A DNA stretch of 64,000 nt, from positions 96,785 through 160,784 of the forward strand of contig CAWHMC010000013.1 of the NCBI GenBank assembly GCA_963830445.1. Reading direction: 5' to 3'. The stretch is from an uncultured archaeon (GTDB lineage Archaea; Micrarchaeota; Micrarchaeia; Micrarchaeales; CABMGC01). Numbering within the stretch: the stretch's first letter is position 1; every line of letters starts with the position of its first letter. Shown here piece by piece: positions 18,476-29,696 of the stretch. The notes beneath the pieces are model-generated. The model saw only the letters and a list, made by a program, of their open reading frames with translations, was not told the DNA's origin and did no database searches. The position numbers and the translations under genes were made by a program.

Positions 18476-19969
18476 ATGGCGGAAGGAAACGACCAGGAGT
18501 TCAAGGGCCAGGGGACTAGCAACGCAAATGCAAAGGAGTTCTACACCGAAGCGGGCAAGGCCTTCGAGCAGAATGAGTTCGAGAAGTCCATCGAGATGTA
18601 CTCAAAGGCCATAGACGCCGATCCCAGTTATGCGAGCGCCTACTTCAACCGCGCCCTCTCCTACGCGATAATAAACAAGTACGACGAGGCGACGAAGGAT
18701 GCGAAGAAGGTCCTTGCGATGGAACCGGACAGCTACGACGCACCCTACGTAATGGGCATCATAGCCGAATACCAGCACGACTACGACGGTGCGAAGAACT
18801 GGTACGAGCGGGCGCTGAAGAAGAACCCGAAGTACGAGCAGGCGAAGGTGCGCCTTGATCAGCTTAAGACGAAGTTCACCACCGAGGGAAGCGGGGGGAC
18901 GCTCAACACCCCCTCTCCTGCGATACAGAAGGAGGGCACGGACATCTCGGAGGGCCAGATCAAGAAGGTGAAGTGGTTCACTTCCAGCCTGACGTTCAAG
19001 GATGTCGTGGGGATGACGAAGCAGAAGAAGCTAATCCACGAGAACATAATACTAGCGATAAAGAAGCCCGAGCTGCTGCGTGCCTATGGTAAGAAACTCG
19101 GACTTGGAGTAATCTTCTTCGGTCCGCCAGGCTGTGGAAAAACCTATTTTGTCAACGCAATAGGCGGAGAGACGGGATCCAAAGTCATCATCGCAGCAAT
19201 CAATGAGATAGTAGACATGTATGCGGGCAACACCGAAAAGAACATGCACGCTATCTTCGAACAGGCGCGCAAGAACACACCGTGTATAGTATTTTTCGAC
19301 GAGATAGATGCGCTGGGTGGAAAGCGCGAAGGAGGTGGCGGTGGAGAGCAACAGAGCTTCATGCGCATGGCAGTCAACCAGTTCCTGACGGAGATGGACG
19401 GAGTGGAGAAGAACCCAGAGGGAATCTTCGTGCTTGCCGCGACCAACCAGCCCTGGGACATAGACCCCGCCCTTAAGCGCAGCAAGCGTTTCGGCGAGTC
19501 GATATATCTCCCTCCGCCGGATTACAAGACGCGCAGGAGCGCATTCATATACGACACGCGCAAGATGCCTTTGGCACATATGGATTTTGGACGCTTAGCT
19601 CGGGCTACAATGGGTTTCTCACAAGCAGATATAGATGATATCTGCGACAAGTCGGCCTTGATACCTGCGGCAGAAGAAGATCGAACAGGCCGCAGACGAA
19701 AGATAAAGATGAGTGACTTCCTGAGGATGATAAAGTCGCATGGAAACACTTTAGATGAATGGTACGCTATGGTCAAGAAGAGTATAATCAGCAAGACAGA
19801 GACGAATATAGTTGATGGCAAGAAACAGACTGTCGTGAAGGAGGGCAAGCTAAGCCCCGAGGAGAAACAGAGATATAAGGCTTTGATAAAAGACGTAAAG
19901 CGTAACAGTAGTCCATTTTATGTATCCATAAAGAAGGCCATGAGATGGATTGCTCTGAACATCATATGA
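18476..19969 (+). CDS. TPR-domain AAA+ ATPase (classical AAA clade)
   Basis: Three TPR repeats, Walker A GPPGCGKT, Walker B FFDEID, SRH ATNQPWDIDPALKR. Confidence 0.9.
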   Translation: MAEGNDQEFKGQGTSNANAKEFYTEAGKAFEQNEFEKSIEMYSKAIDADPSYASAYFNRALSYAIINKYDEATKDAKKVLAMEPDSYDAPYVMGIIAEYQHDYDGAKNWYERALKKNPKYEQAKVRLDQLKTKFTTEGSGGTLNTPSPAIQKEGTDISEGQIKKVKWFTSSLTFKDVVGMTKQKKLIHENIILAIKKPELLRAYGKKLGLGVIFFGPPGCGKTYFVNAIGGETGSKVIIAAINEIVDMYAGNTEKNMHAIFEQARKNTPCIVFFDEIDALGGKREGGGGGEQQSFMRMAVNQFLTEMDGVEKNPEGIFVLAATNQPWDIDPALKRSKRFGESIYLPPPDYKTRRSAFIYDTRKMPLAHMDFGRLARATMGFSQADIDDICDKSALIPAAEEDRTGRRRKIKMSDFLRMIKSHGNTLDEWYAMVKKSIISKTETNIVDGKKQTVVKEGKLSPEEKQRYKALIKDVKRNSSPFYVSIKKAMRWIALNII

Positions 19970-19979
19970 AGGTAATTCG

Positions 19980-21281
19980 ATAAAACAGCTTCTGATTCTT
20001 CTGTTCGGGCTCTTTTTCTTCTCTTCGGCACTCAATGCGGCTGGAATAACAATACCCAGCAAGATACAGTATTATGTGCCCATGACCGTATCCAACAACC
20101 AGACGGGCTCGACCAGCTCTCCGTTCCAGCAGATGGTGGCTGTGGACAGCTTCAAGTACGCACTGTACGAGGCTCCGAACCTGCAGAACGTGGAGTTTTT
20201 TTATCCTAATGGCACGGTAATCCCATCTTGGCTGGAAGGGAATCCCCACAATCCGCAACAGATCACCAACCTGTACCAGGATAGCGCAACCACCTACTGG
20301 CTGCAGATAAAGCAGATACAGGGCAACAGCAATCTTGTGATTTACATGGGCTTTGCCGCGAACGGTGTGAACCTATTCGATGGAAGCGTTGTGGGAGAGG
20401 CCCCATGGCTGACGGCCAACTACAGCCAGTATGACAACGGAGCTGCAGTCTTCCTCGCCTACTTCAACGGAGCGGCGCCCGTCTCCAATTTCAGCATGGC
20501 GCCCGGATTCGGGATCAACACCCAGTCCGAGATCTATGGCACGAGCACCATCCCAACGATACATATGTACGGAGCGGTGCACGGCGAGGACGTGTACTTC
20601 GTATACAACAAGCAGATACCGAATCAGCCAGTCATAGAAGAGACGAACTTCGAGTCGCAGGATCTCCAGGCTGACACCGGCTTCATTGGCCTTGCGGGAG
20701 CGATCCCTTCATCCACGAACGTTGCGTTCAGCTATATAGGCTATGTAAATTCAAAAGTGATTGAGCCCTACGGCTCCTACGAACATCCAGGGGCCATACA
20801 GTCAACATGGAACTACGGGACCATGTACTACCTACAGGGAAGCGGTTTCCTGAGCGAGGCGAGCTCGGAGCTTTACCAGAACTGCGGCTGCTCGCTGCTG
20901 AGAGAGGATCCCCTCTCCAACGACCAGCACTTCTACATCGGCTCTGCAGTCTACCTCAATACCACCAACTACACCGGCACGCCAGTGGACATCTTCTTCA
21001 ATTTTGCACGCGTTCGGGCCTATCCGCCCGGCGGCGCGATGCCCGCAGTGCTGTTCGGGAGCTTGACCACAGCTCCAGTAACCACGACCAGCACCACGAG
21101 CACGACCAGCATTACCACCTCCGTGCCCGCCGTGGTGGTTTCGGTTCCTCCTGGCTTCATACTACCACTAATAGCCGTGATACTCGCAGTGTGTGCAATA
21201 ATACTTCTATATAGGAAGCATAGGATATCACAGGAAAGGGAGTCGTATTACTCAAGCAAGGAAGACAAGGAGAGCAGGTAG
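19980..21281 (+). CDS. Secreted, C-terminally anchored surface protein with DUF2341-like N-domain
   Basis: YYVPMTVSNNQ..PFQQM..NLQNVEFF..IPSWLEG..TYWL, Thr linker, C-terminal TM. In-frame signal peptide begins at ATA 19980, upstream of the ORF-track start 20076. Confidence 0.75.
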   Translation: MKQLLILLFGLFFFSSALNAAGITIPSKIQYYVPMTVSNNQTGSTSSPFQQMVAVDSFKYALYEAPNLQNVEFFYPNGTVIPSWLEGNPHNPQQITNLYQDSATTYWLQIKQIQGNSNLVIYMGFAANGVNLFDGSVVGEAPWLTANYSQYDNGAAVFLAYFNGAAPVSNFSMAPGFGINTQSEIYGTSTIPTIHMYGAVHGEDVYFVYNKQIPNQPVIEETNFESQDLQADTGFIGLAGAIPSSTNVAFSYIGYVNSKVIEPYGSYEHPGAIQSTWNYGTMYYLQGSGFLSEASSELYQNCGCSLLREDPLSNDQHFYIGSAVYLNTTNYTGTPVDIFFNFARVRAYPPGGAMPAVLFGSLTTAPVTTTSTTSTTSITTSVPAVVVSVPPGFILPLIAVILAVCAIILLYRKHRISQERESYYSSKEDKESR

Positions 21282-21359
21282 TAATACACCGAAACGCAGC
21301 CTAGTAAGCCTTTTATATCAGAAAATCCATATTAAATCTCGCATCCTGAGGTAGTTTGA

Positions 21360-24300
21360 ATAAGACAATTACTAATACCTATATTAGCCATGTTGATAGT
21401 GATGGGTCTGTTCCATGCGGCGCCCACAGTGCCCCAGGGGGTACAGTACTACGTCCCTGTGGAGATACAGAACACCCAGGCCAACGCGACCGGGATAAAC
21501 TTCCAGCAGATGGTTAACGTTGACAGCGCCCAGTACTCGCAGTACGAGGCACCGAACCTGCAGAACGTGGTCTTCTTCTATGGGAACGGGCAGACCATAA
21601 CATCATGGATGGAGGGGAATCCCTACGATCCGCAACAGACCACGAACCTCTACCAGGATGGCTTGACGACCTACTGGCTCAAGCTCCAGCAAAGCATACA
21701 GGCCAACTCCAATCTCATAATTTACATGGGCTTCGCTTCTACTGGAACGAACCTCTTCAACAACTACAACAACGGAGAGGCGCCCTGGCTCTCAAGCACC
21801 TACGGCCAGTACGATGACGGGCAGGATGTCTTCCTCGCCTACTTCAACGGCGACACGTCCACTTCACAGTTCACAACGACTTCCGGATACTCCGTCAGCC
21901 AGCAGTACGCGACATTCGGGCAGACCACCATACCAGTTATACAGTTCACGGGCACATCGCCGGGCATCAACGTCTACTTCCAATTCAACCAGCCCATACA
22001 GAAGCAGAACCTCATAGTCGAGACGAGCTTCGAGCCCGAGGACGTTCTTGCAACTACCGGAACAGTAGGCCTCGTCAACATAAACCCGCCGGCCTACACG
22101 GGCATGACGACGTATCTTGGTCCGATAAGCGGCTCCTACGGCTACTCGAGCGGATTCTCGCAGGGACAGTGGTACTTCGGCACGATGTACTACGCGCAGG
22201 CTAGCGGATGGATAGGATATCTGAGCGATCAGCTCTACACCGGATGCTACTGCAACCTCATAAACTCGGACCCGCTGGCCAACTTGGGCCAGGTGTACAT
22301 GGGCGCGGGAGCCAACATGGACGACAGCAACCAGGCCAACATCTACTTCAACTTTGGGCGTGCGCGCATGTCTCCGCCCGATGGAGTGATGCCGAGCGTG
22401 CTGTTCGCGCAGGTGGTCAACAACATGCCCATCCAGTATTACACAGTTACGATATCCGAGAATCCGGTCTCGGCGGATGGAGGCTGGGACGCTTGTGTTG
22501 GTCAGACACAGGGAAGCCAGATATGTGCAGGCAATTATAACGGAGGCACCAATTCGAACGTCTCGGTGCCTGCAGGAACTGTGCTCACCTACCTCTGCAC
22601 GGCGAACAACAGGCCTGCAGACAAGAGTTATACGTTCTCCTCCTGGGCCGGCGCGGTAGGCAGCGGCTACCAGAGCAATCCGTGCCCGTTCCAGAGTGGA
22701 ATTAGTGCCAGTATAACCGTTAACGGCAATGTCAACATACAGGCGAACTATGTACCCTCAACACCGGCGCTCGTGGCTAATCTGCCAACGACGAGCTCTT
22801 CATCGATAACCGCTGGACAGAGTTCCACACTGACCGCAAACCCGTCAGGAGGCAAGACACCCTATGCTGGATATACCTGGTATGGGGGTTCCTCATCGAA
22901 CTGTTTGTCTAATCCAGTACTGCCTTTGTCCTCTAGTGCATCTGCAGTATCAGTGAGCCCAAGCGCCAGCGAGTACTACTGCTACACGGTGACGGACTCC
23001 GCAGGCACCCAGGCTACGTCAGGAACTGTGCTTATCTCAGTTAGCTCAGCGCCGCCAACGCTTGTGGCGAATCCGCCTACAGCAAGTCCCTCACCGATAA
23101 CCGCAGGGCAGAGTTCGGTCTTGACCTCGAACCCATCGGGCGGCACGGCACCCTATGTGGGATACACCTGGTACGGAGGTTCATCTTCAAGCTGTCTATC
23201 AAATGCAGTATTGCCCTATGGCACGTCTACCATCTTTGTAAGCCCAGCATCCAACGAGTACTACTGTTACACCGTGACCGATACGGCAGGGAAACAGGCC
23301 ACGTCTAGCACTACATTACTTACCGTTAATCCGATTCCAGTAACTCCGACGGCTTTGACCGCGAATCCCCCGGCTGCAAGCCAATCCACAATAACTGTGG
23401 GACAGAACTCTATACTCTTGGCCGAGCCTTCCGGAGGCACTGCGCCGTACGTCGCATTTTCCTGGTACGGAGGTGCCTCGTCTAATTGCGCACTGGACAC
23501 GGGCTTGAGCCTCACCGGATCTTCAGCAACGGTAACCCCAAGTTCCAACGAGTATTACTGCTACGTTGTGACCGACTCTGCAGGAAATCATGCAACTTCA
23601 ACTACCATCCTAATTACGGTAAACGCGGCGCCGGTTCAGGTCTCCGCCTCAGGTGGCGGTAGTTTCGGCCTCGGCCCGTCGGTCTCGTTCGGCTCTCCAG
23701 TACAGTATGTCAAGGCGAGCACACCCTCGGTCTTGGCGAACAACACCTGCGATTATATAGTTAACAGCACAGAGGGCTCCTATGCGACGATTGCAGTAGG
23801 AAATACCACATACGACATAACGAACAGGTACATGTATGACAACGAGTCAGAACTCATGGTCAATGGGAGCGTGTTCGCTCTAGCTCCGGGCCAGAAGGCA
23901 CTCCTACCGGGCAGTGCGAACCGGAACCTGTACCTGGCGAGCATGAAGGTGATAACCTCTGCGAACCACCTTACAACCCAGCAGGTTGCAACCGTAGGGA
24001 TATGCGTAGGCAACGCTCAGCCGCAGATAGCCGCGCCTCCATTCACGATGGTTCACCTTACGCTCAACATAAGCATGAGTAACTTCACCATAATCTCGAC
24101 AGGTTCGGTCAAGAACGACACGATATACATTTTCATCAACGGGACGCAGGTCGCACAGGGCCCGGGAAGCGCAGAGTATAACTTCACGTGGATACCTGCA
24201 GGACGCCACCTGGTGGAGGGCAAGGACATTGATTCGGGCACGTTCATAAACAAGACGATCGTGAAGCCCTACTTCACGCCGCAGCTCTCCTTTACAACGG

Positions 24301-24613
24301 TCTGCCCCAACAGCACTGTGGCTACACCGCCTGCACTGTGGGCGCACGCATAGTCGACAAGGGAGACACGCTCAACGCAACGCTGTATGTGAATGGCAAG
24401 GCAGTGGGTCACACAGAAGGTATGATAAACTACACCATACCGAACCCTGGCATCTTCAACATAACGTTCCGCACTTCTGGAGACGCCTACTACGGCGGGG
24501 CGAGCGTATCGAATAAATACGTGGACTTCCCCTATGGTGTGGTGGTCCCGCCGCTGTTCGCAGTTGTGATGTGCGGCTTGCACTCACACTGGTGGCGCGC
24601 AAGTCGAGGATAG
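21360..24613 (+). CDS. Large surface glycoprotein: DUF2341-like N-domain, three Ig/PKD-like Cys repeats and C-terminal domains; frameshifted near 24330-24350
   Basis: N-domain paralogous to 19980-21281; ORF 24338-24613 continues the C-terminal homology with 26674-27591. Confidence 0.78.
22765..23625 (+). repeat. Three tandem ~95-100-aa Ig-like repeats
   Basis: Recurring LxANxP..ITxGQxSxL...PSGGxxPY...WYGGxSSxC...EYYCYxVTDxAG.xATS. Confidence 0.85.
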
Positions 24614-24646
24614 CGAATTTCAAATAGATACTCAATGGTGTTATAG

Positions 24647-25463
24647 ATGAACAAAAGAGAGGAATACGCGATTGGAGTGATAGTGCTCATAGCGCTGTTG
24701 CTTGCTCTGGTCTCGATGATGACCAGCAGCATGGACCTGGGCATGGCAGCGGCTATCGTCGCAATTGTTGCGGTTTTGTACTCGATGTACGTTGTGCACA
24801 TGGAAGTTAGCGATGCGCGTGGAGACAATGAGTACTACACGCAGCACGACTACGAAAGCTACGGCCGGCGGGTCAGAGGAAGAACAAGACCGTGAAGATG
24901 GAGAGCCACTCCTACGCTCAGGACTACAGCGACGAGCGAGAGGTGCCCTACGCCAAGCAGTCCGCATCAAGCAGATACGACAGACGATAGATAGAACAGG
25001 GAAATGAGTATTCCGCAGCCGAGGCCCCGGCAAGCGCGCCTGCGGACGTTCGAGTGACAATTCTACTCAGCGCCGGCGGAGGTTGCAACAGCACCTCCAG
25101 CAGTGGAGGGACCAGCTTACAATATAACATCAGAGCATGCGAGTGCAGAACAACGAGCGAGTCATTGAGGCACCATCTGCACCGGAAGAGAAACCGGTAG
25201 AGAGCAACACGCCAGAGAGAAAACCACATGTGAGGAAACAGCCGAAGGCTTCGAAGCCACGAAATATTACAAGGCAGAACAAGGCGGGCGGCAGGATAGT
25301 CAACGGCCATTATTTGTTCTCCATAACAGGGTATGGAGGCAGCCGAAGTGGGCAGTTAGCCCAGATAACCCCAGCTTGCCAGACGCCAAGCTTGGCGAGG
25401 TACGGATATTCAATTCGTACAAACAAGCAGAGGATTACGCCGCAGGGAGCTCTGCCTAATTAG
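24647..25463 (+). CDS. Two-TM membrane protein with cytoplasmic tail, fragmented by frameshifts; paralog of 27626-28705
   Basis: N-terminus MNKREEYAIGVIVLIALLL..TSSMDLG is nearly identical to its paralog; extent of the C-terminus uncertain. Confidence 0.6.
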
Positions 25464-25671
25464 GGCTCTTTCTTTTTCTTTCATTCAAGATCCTAGAAGG
25501 CTTAGTGTAAATTGCATTTTACTCGGCATTTTTCTATAACGATAATACGCCATACACAACCACAAGGATTGACAGGACTTTCGCAATTCGCTAAAAGTTT
25601 AATAATTTAAAGTATACTTAAATTAAGCAAAGTATTATATAGTAGAATGAAACATACTATACTGTGAATAT

Positions 25672-27591
25672 TTGCGCATCTTAGAAGTAGTTTTATTCTC
25701 GGTATTTTTCTCGGTATTTGCAGTACATCTGGCAGGTGCTGCGGCAGCCGTGACAGTATGGTACAGTTACACCGCTTCTGCAAAGCTCCTCGTTTGTATG
25801 TGGAGATCCTAGTCCGCTGAACCCTGGCGGCGGATGGCAGGGGCCCTATTACATCGGACCAGGCTCCGCTGGAGCTGCCCGATAGCAAATCCAGGTAGCA
25901 TATTAGACGCTTACTATGGTCTGGATCAGGAGCCTCAGTGACAGCTCGGGCACTTTCTACTACAATTACGTGGCACAGGTACGCCAGGATGAAGCAATCT
26001 ATTATGGTTCATTCTATCTCGAGCAGTACAATGTGACGAATGCGTGCTGCGGCCAGTCGTAGGAAATGACCAATCCACATTGGTAGATGGTTTGCAGGGC
26101 GCTATACCGTACCTGACTTGGCTATAGACACGCCGCCTGCGGGAAGCAGCGGGCCGGATGCCGGATTTCAATGGAACATGGGCAGCGAACACAGCGGCGT
26201 CCAGTACAGAGTAATCGGGTACATATATATCTATGAGTACCGGTTCGAATCCTGCATGGGTAGACCTCTCCTCTTACAGCAGCACGGTGACCATACCCGG
26301 ACCAACCATAAGCAACAAAATCTACAACTAAAGTAGTATTTCCACGACAACATCCCGACAAGGACAACCACAGAGCCCCAACTACGACCGCAGTACGATA
26401 CGGATATTTCATCTCCACTTCAACTACCACAGCGCCAACCACGAGCACTATTTACTCTGGAGGTTCAAGTTCCATATCAACAAGCACGTCCACCACCGCC
26501 TCGACGTCCACAACAAGCGCGCCGACTACCACACTACAGCTGCCGGCACTTCCACTTCTACAACAAGTATATCTAGCACCACTTCGACATCAATAGGCAC
26601 AACCACCGTCTCGGGCAGCGGAAGCGGTGGTCAGGTCTACATAGGTACTCTAGGCACTTACACTGCGTCGCCGGTGGCCTATCTGCTATCAAACAACACC
26701 TGCGTCTATGTAGTGAACAGCACCGAAAGCACATTCACCTCTTTCACTTTCAATGGCATAGCGTATGGCCTGATGGACAGTTACCTGACAGGGGCAGAGG
26801 GGATTTTCATACTTAATGGGAGCACATTCACGCTCTCACCGGGAACTTACCAGGAACTTGGATCTGGTAGGTACCTGTACTTGGCAAACATTACCGAGCT
26901 GATCCCTGCAAACAGCAACCTCATGACTCCGATCGCAAAGGTCGGCGTATGCAACAGCATGCTGTTTAGATTGCCGCCTGTTACGCAGCCAGTCGGAACG
27001 TTTGTGCCGGTGCACCTTAACCTAAACATAGACATAAAGAACTACACCATAAGCATCAACGATTCTGCGTTCAGTGACACGGTTGAGTTAGTTATAGATC
27101 GTGTTGTTGTGGCGAGCGGATTGGACAACTTGACCTACAATGGCACTTGGGTGACAGCAGGCTCGCATCTGGTGGAAGGGAAGGATATCGACTCAGGCAC
27201 ATACATAAACCTCACCTGGAACAAGCCATTTTTCACGCCCACGCTGAAGTTCCTCAATGTATGCAAGAACACTAGCGTAGTGGTCCTAACCTGCACCACC
27301 ACGGCGCAGATAGTAGACAATGGAAACAAGCTGGATGGCGTTCTGTACTTAAACGGTAAGAAAGTAGGCGTCACGAACAACACAGTTAGCTACACCGAGT
27401 CTGACGCTGGAACGTACAATTACACGTTCAATACCACGGGGGACCAGTATTACTCGCACGCAAGCATCTCCTACACGTACGCAGATTACTCCTATGGCGT
27501 GCTGATACCCCCAATTCTGGCCATAATACTCTCAGTTTGTGCTTTGGTACTTTTGACGGTAAAACCGACGATAGTTAGGGAATACGCGTGA
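25672..27591 (+). CDS. Surface protein paralogous to the C-terminal half of 21360-24613; 5' half frameshifted
   Basis: Signal-peptide-like start at TTG 25672, Ser/Thr linker at ~26380-26600, shared NNTC..VNSTE, HLVEGKDIDSGT.IN and KP.FTP.L motifs, C-terminal TM. Confidence 0.65.
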
Positions 27592-27625
27592 ATGAATTGC
27601 GCATGATATTTAATAGGTGTTTTGA

Positions 27626-28705
27626 ATGAATAGACAAGAAGAGTACGCGGTTGCGGTAATGGTGCTTGTGGCACTGTTGCTTTCCATTGCGTCTATGATA
27701 ACAAGCAGTATGGACCTGGGCGTTGCGGCGGCGATCATCGCGATCGTGGCAGTGATGTATGCGCTATGGGCGGTGCACATGGAAATGCAGAGGAGTGAGG
27801 TACGTATTGATGAGTATTACCTCCGGAACGATTATGGAGACCGGACCCCGAAAATTGTTACGAGTGCGAATGTTGTTGAGCAGGCCGGAACGATAACGAG
27901 CATGCGGCCGTCATATTACGACAATACGACTCGGCAGGAGGAGGCAAGCAACGAACGTTCGAGCATCTATGCTGATGAACTACAACTGGACGTCGATGCT
28001 AGCTCAGCTAAAGTGAATGCGGATATACAAATAGAGTCGGATTTAGCTGGCGCACATAAAAGACGCGTTTACCGTGCGCAGAAGAAACAAGAAAAAAATG
28101 AAAGACAGAGACCGAGCATCTATGCAGATGAGCTGCAATTGGATGTTGATGCTGGCTCTCCGGGTGTACGCGCAAACATAGAAAACGGAGCCGACTTGAC
28201 TGGCGTGCATAAAAAACACGTTAAATCTGTACAGCAAAGGTCGAGCATTTACGTTGACGAACTGCAGGTGGATATTGATGCAAGTTCATCTAAAGTGAAT
28301 AGGGATATGCAGATAGAGTCTGCTGTAACCACCGTTCATAAAAAACGTATTTACCGTGCGCAGCAGAAATCTGTAAATAATGAGGGTCAACGGCCGAGCA
28401 TCTATGCAGATGAGTTGCAATTGGATGTTGATGCAAGCTCGCCAAACGTACACGAAGAGATGCGAATAGAGTCAATTCCATCAGAATTACCTAAAAGATT
28501 TCATCGTGCGATGCCCGGTTATATACAAATAAGGAGAAAATTACGCGGGAGGAAGGACCTGCAGGAGGTTTATGTGAGCGAGAATAAGGATGCTGAGGGA
28601 AGGCACCCCATTCTCAACATGAGAAAGAGGCTAAAGGGCTCCATGACGAACGACGAGTTCGTGAATATGATAATCAGTAAAGGTGCGGTCAAGTCGCCGT
28701 CCTGA
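27626..28705 (+). CDS. Two-TM membrane protein with four cytoplasmic SIYADELQLDVDA repeats
   Basis: Intact 359-aa ORF preceded by a GGTG RBS-like site. Confidence 0.8.
   Translation: MNRQEEYAVAVMVLVALLLSIASMITSSMDLGVAAAIIAIVAVMYALWAVHMEMQRSEVRIDEYYLRNDYGDRTPKIVTSANVVEQAGTITSMRPSYYDNTTRQEEASNERSSIYADELQLDVDASSAKVNADIQIESDLAGAHKRRVYRAQKKQEKNERQRPSIYADELQLDVDAGSPGVRANIENGADLTGVHKKHVKSVQQRSSIYVDELQVDIDASSSKVNRDMQIESAVTTVHKKRIYRAQQKSVNNEGQRPSIYADELQLDVDASSPNVHEEMRIESIPSELPKRFHRAMPGYIQIRRKLRGRKDLQEVYVSENKDAEGRHPILNMRKRLKGSMTNDEFVNMIISKGAVKSPS
27955..28475 (+). repeat. Four imperfect ~43-51-aa repeats (RxSIYADELQLDVDAxSxxV..xIES)
   Basis: Copies start near 27957, 28110, 28240 and 28392. Confidence 0.88.
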
Positions 28706-29638
28706 GCTTGTTTCTTTCGTACTCCAGCCCTGAGAGGTATTCGCGTGCGTGGAGCGCGCACTTGACCCCGCTGCCTATGGCGGTGGCGGCCTGCCGGTAG
28801 AAGCTGTCGGCGACGTCGCCCGCTATGTAGACCCCTTCGATGTCAGTTAGGACCTCGTCCCGGGTGATAATGTATCCCTTCTCGTCCAGCTTCAGCTGGT
28901 TGCCCAGCATCTGGGTGTTGGGAGCGTAGCCTATGGCCACGAACACCCCGTCAATCGGCATCTGTGGAACTTCGTTGTTAAGGAGATTCTTTATCTTCAC
29001 CCCGGTCGACGTGGTCGGTTCCGAGTATCTCCTCGATTGCGCTGTTGAATAGGAATTTTATCTTTGGGTTCGGCTTTGCGCGCTCCTGCATTATCCTGCT
29101 GGCGCGGAGGCTTTCCCTCCTGTGCACAACGGTGACCGAGGAGGCGAACTTGGTAAGGAAGATCGCGTCCTCCATGGCGGTGTCGCCGCCGCCTACGACT
29201 ATTACCTTCTTGTTCTTGAAGAAAGGACCATCGCAGGTGCCGCAGCTCGAGACCCCCTTGCCAATGAGCTTCTTCTCCGACTCGATGCCCAGCCACTTCG
29301 CGTTGGCGCCCGTAGCTACTATCAGTGAATCAGTGGTGTAGTCTCTTGCCTCCTGCAGTTACACAGAGTGGGCGCTTGCCCAGAGACAGCGAGGAGACCT
29401 CCTCGTAGAGGAAGCGGGTGCCGAACTTCTCCGCCTGCTTCTTCATCCGCTGGACGAACTCCGGCCCGTCGATCCCATCTGGGAAGCCGGGGATGTTCTC
29501 TACCACGGTGGTCAGCTCGAGCTGGCCGCCGCCCCGGGTGCCGGCGATCACCAGCGGCTCGAAGCCCTCGCGGGCGGTGTATATTGCGGCCGCAAGGCCC
29601 GCCGGGCCGGAACCGATAATTATGACCTTTTCCGTCAT
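28689..29638 (-). CDS. trxB: Thioredoxin-disulfide reductase, with two apparent frameshifts (~29345, ~29000)
   Basis: IIGSGPAGLAAA, ATGANAKWL, VSSCGTCDG active site, GGGDTAMED, HRR, GVFVAIG, AGDV. Confidence 0.93.
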
Positions 29639-29696
29639 CGAACCACAAATAGTATATGAGTAATGATTCGCGCAAAACATATATTTAAGCTTTCAC

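Noticed and set aside
26380-26620. Possible CRISPR or tandem DNA repeat
   Set aside because: Low-complexity ACN/TCN codons of a Ser/Thr linker; no fixed repeat-spacer periodicity was found here or elsewhere in the window.
28689-29638. trxB (and the kinase, GT4 and others) as true pseudogenes or programmed frameshifts
   Set aside because: Motifs are intact, there are no in-frame nonsense codons once frames are joined, and no shared slippery sequence is evident; sequencing indels are more parsimonious.
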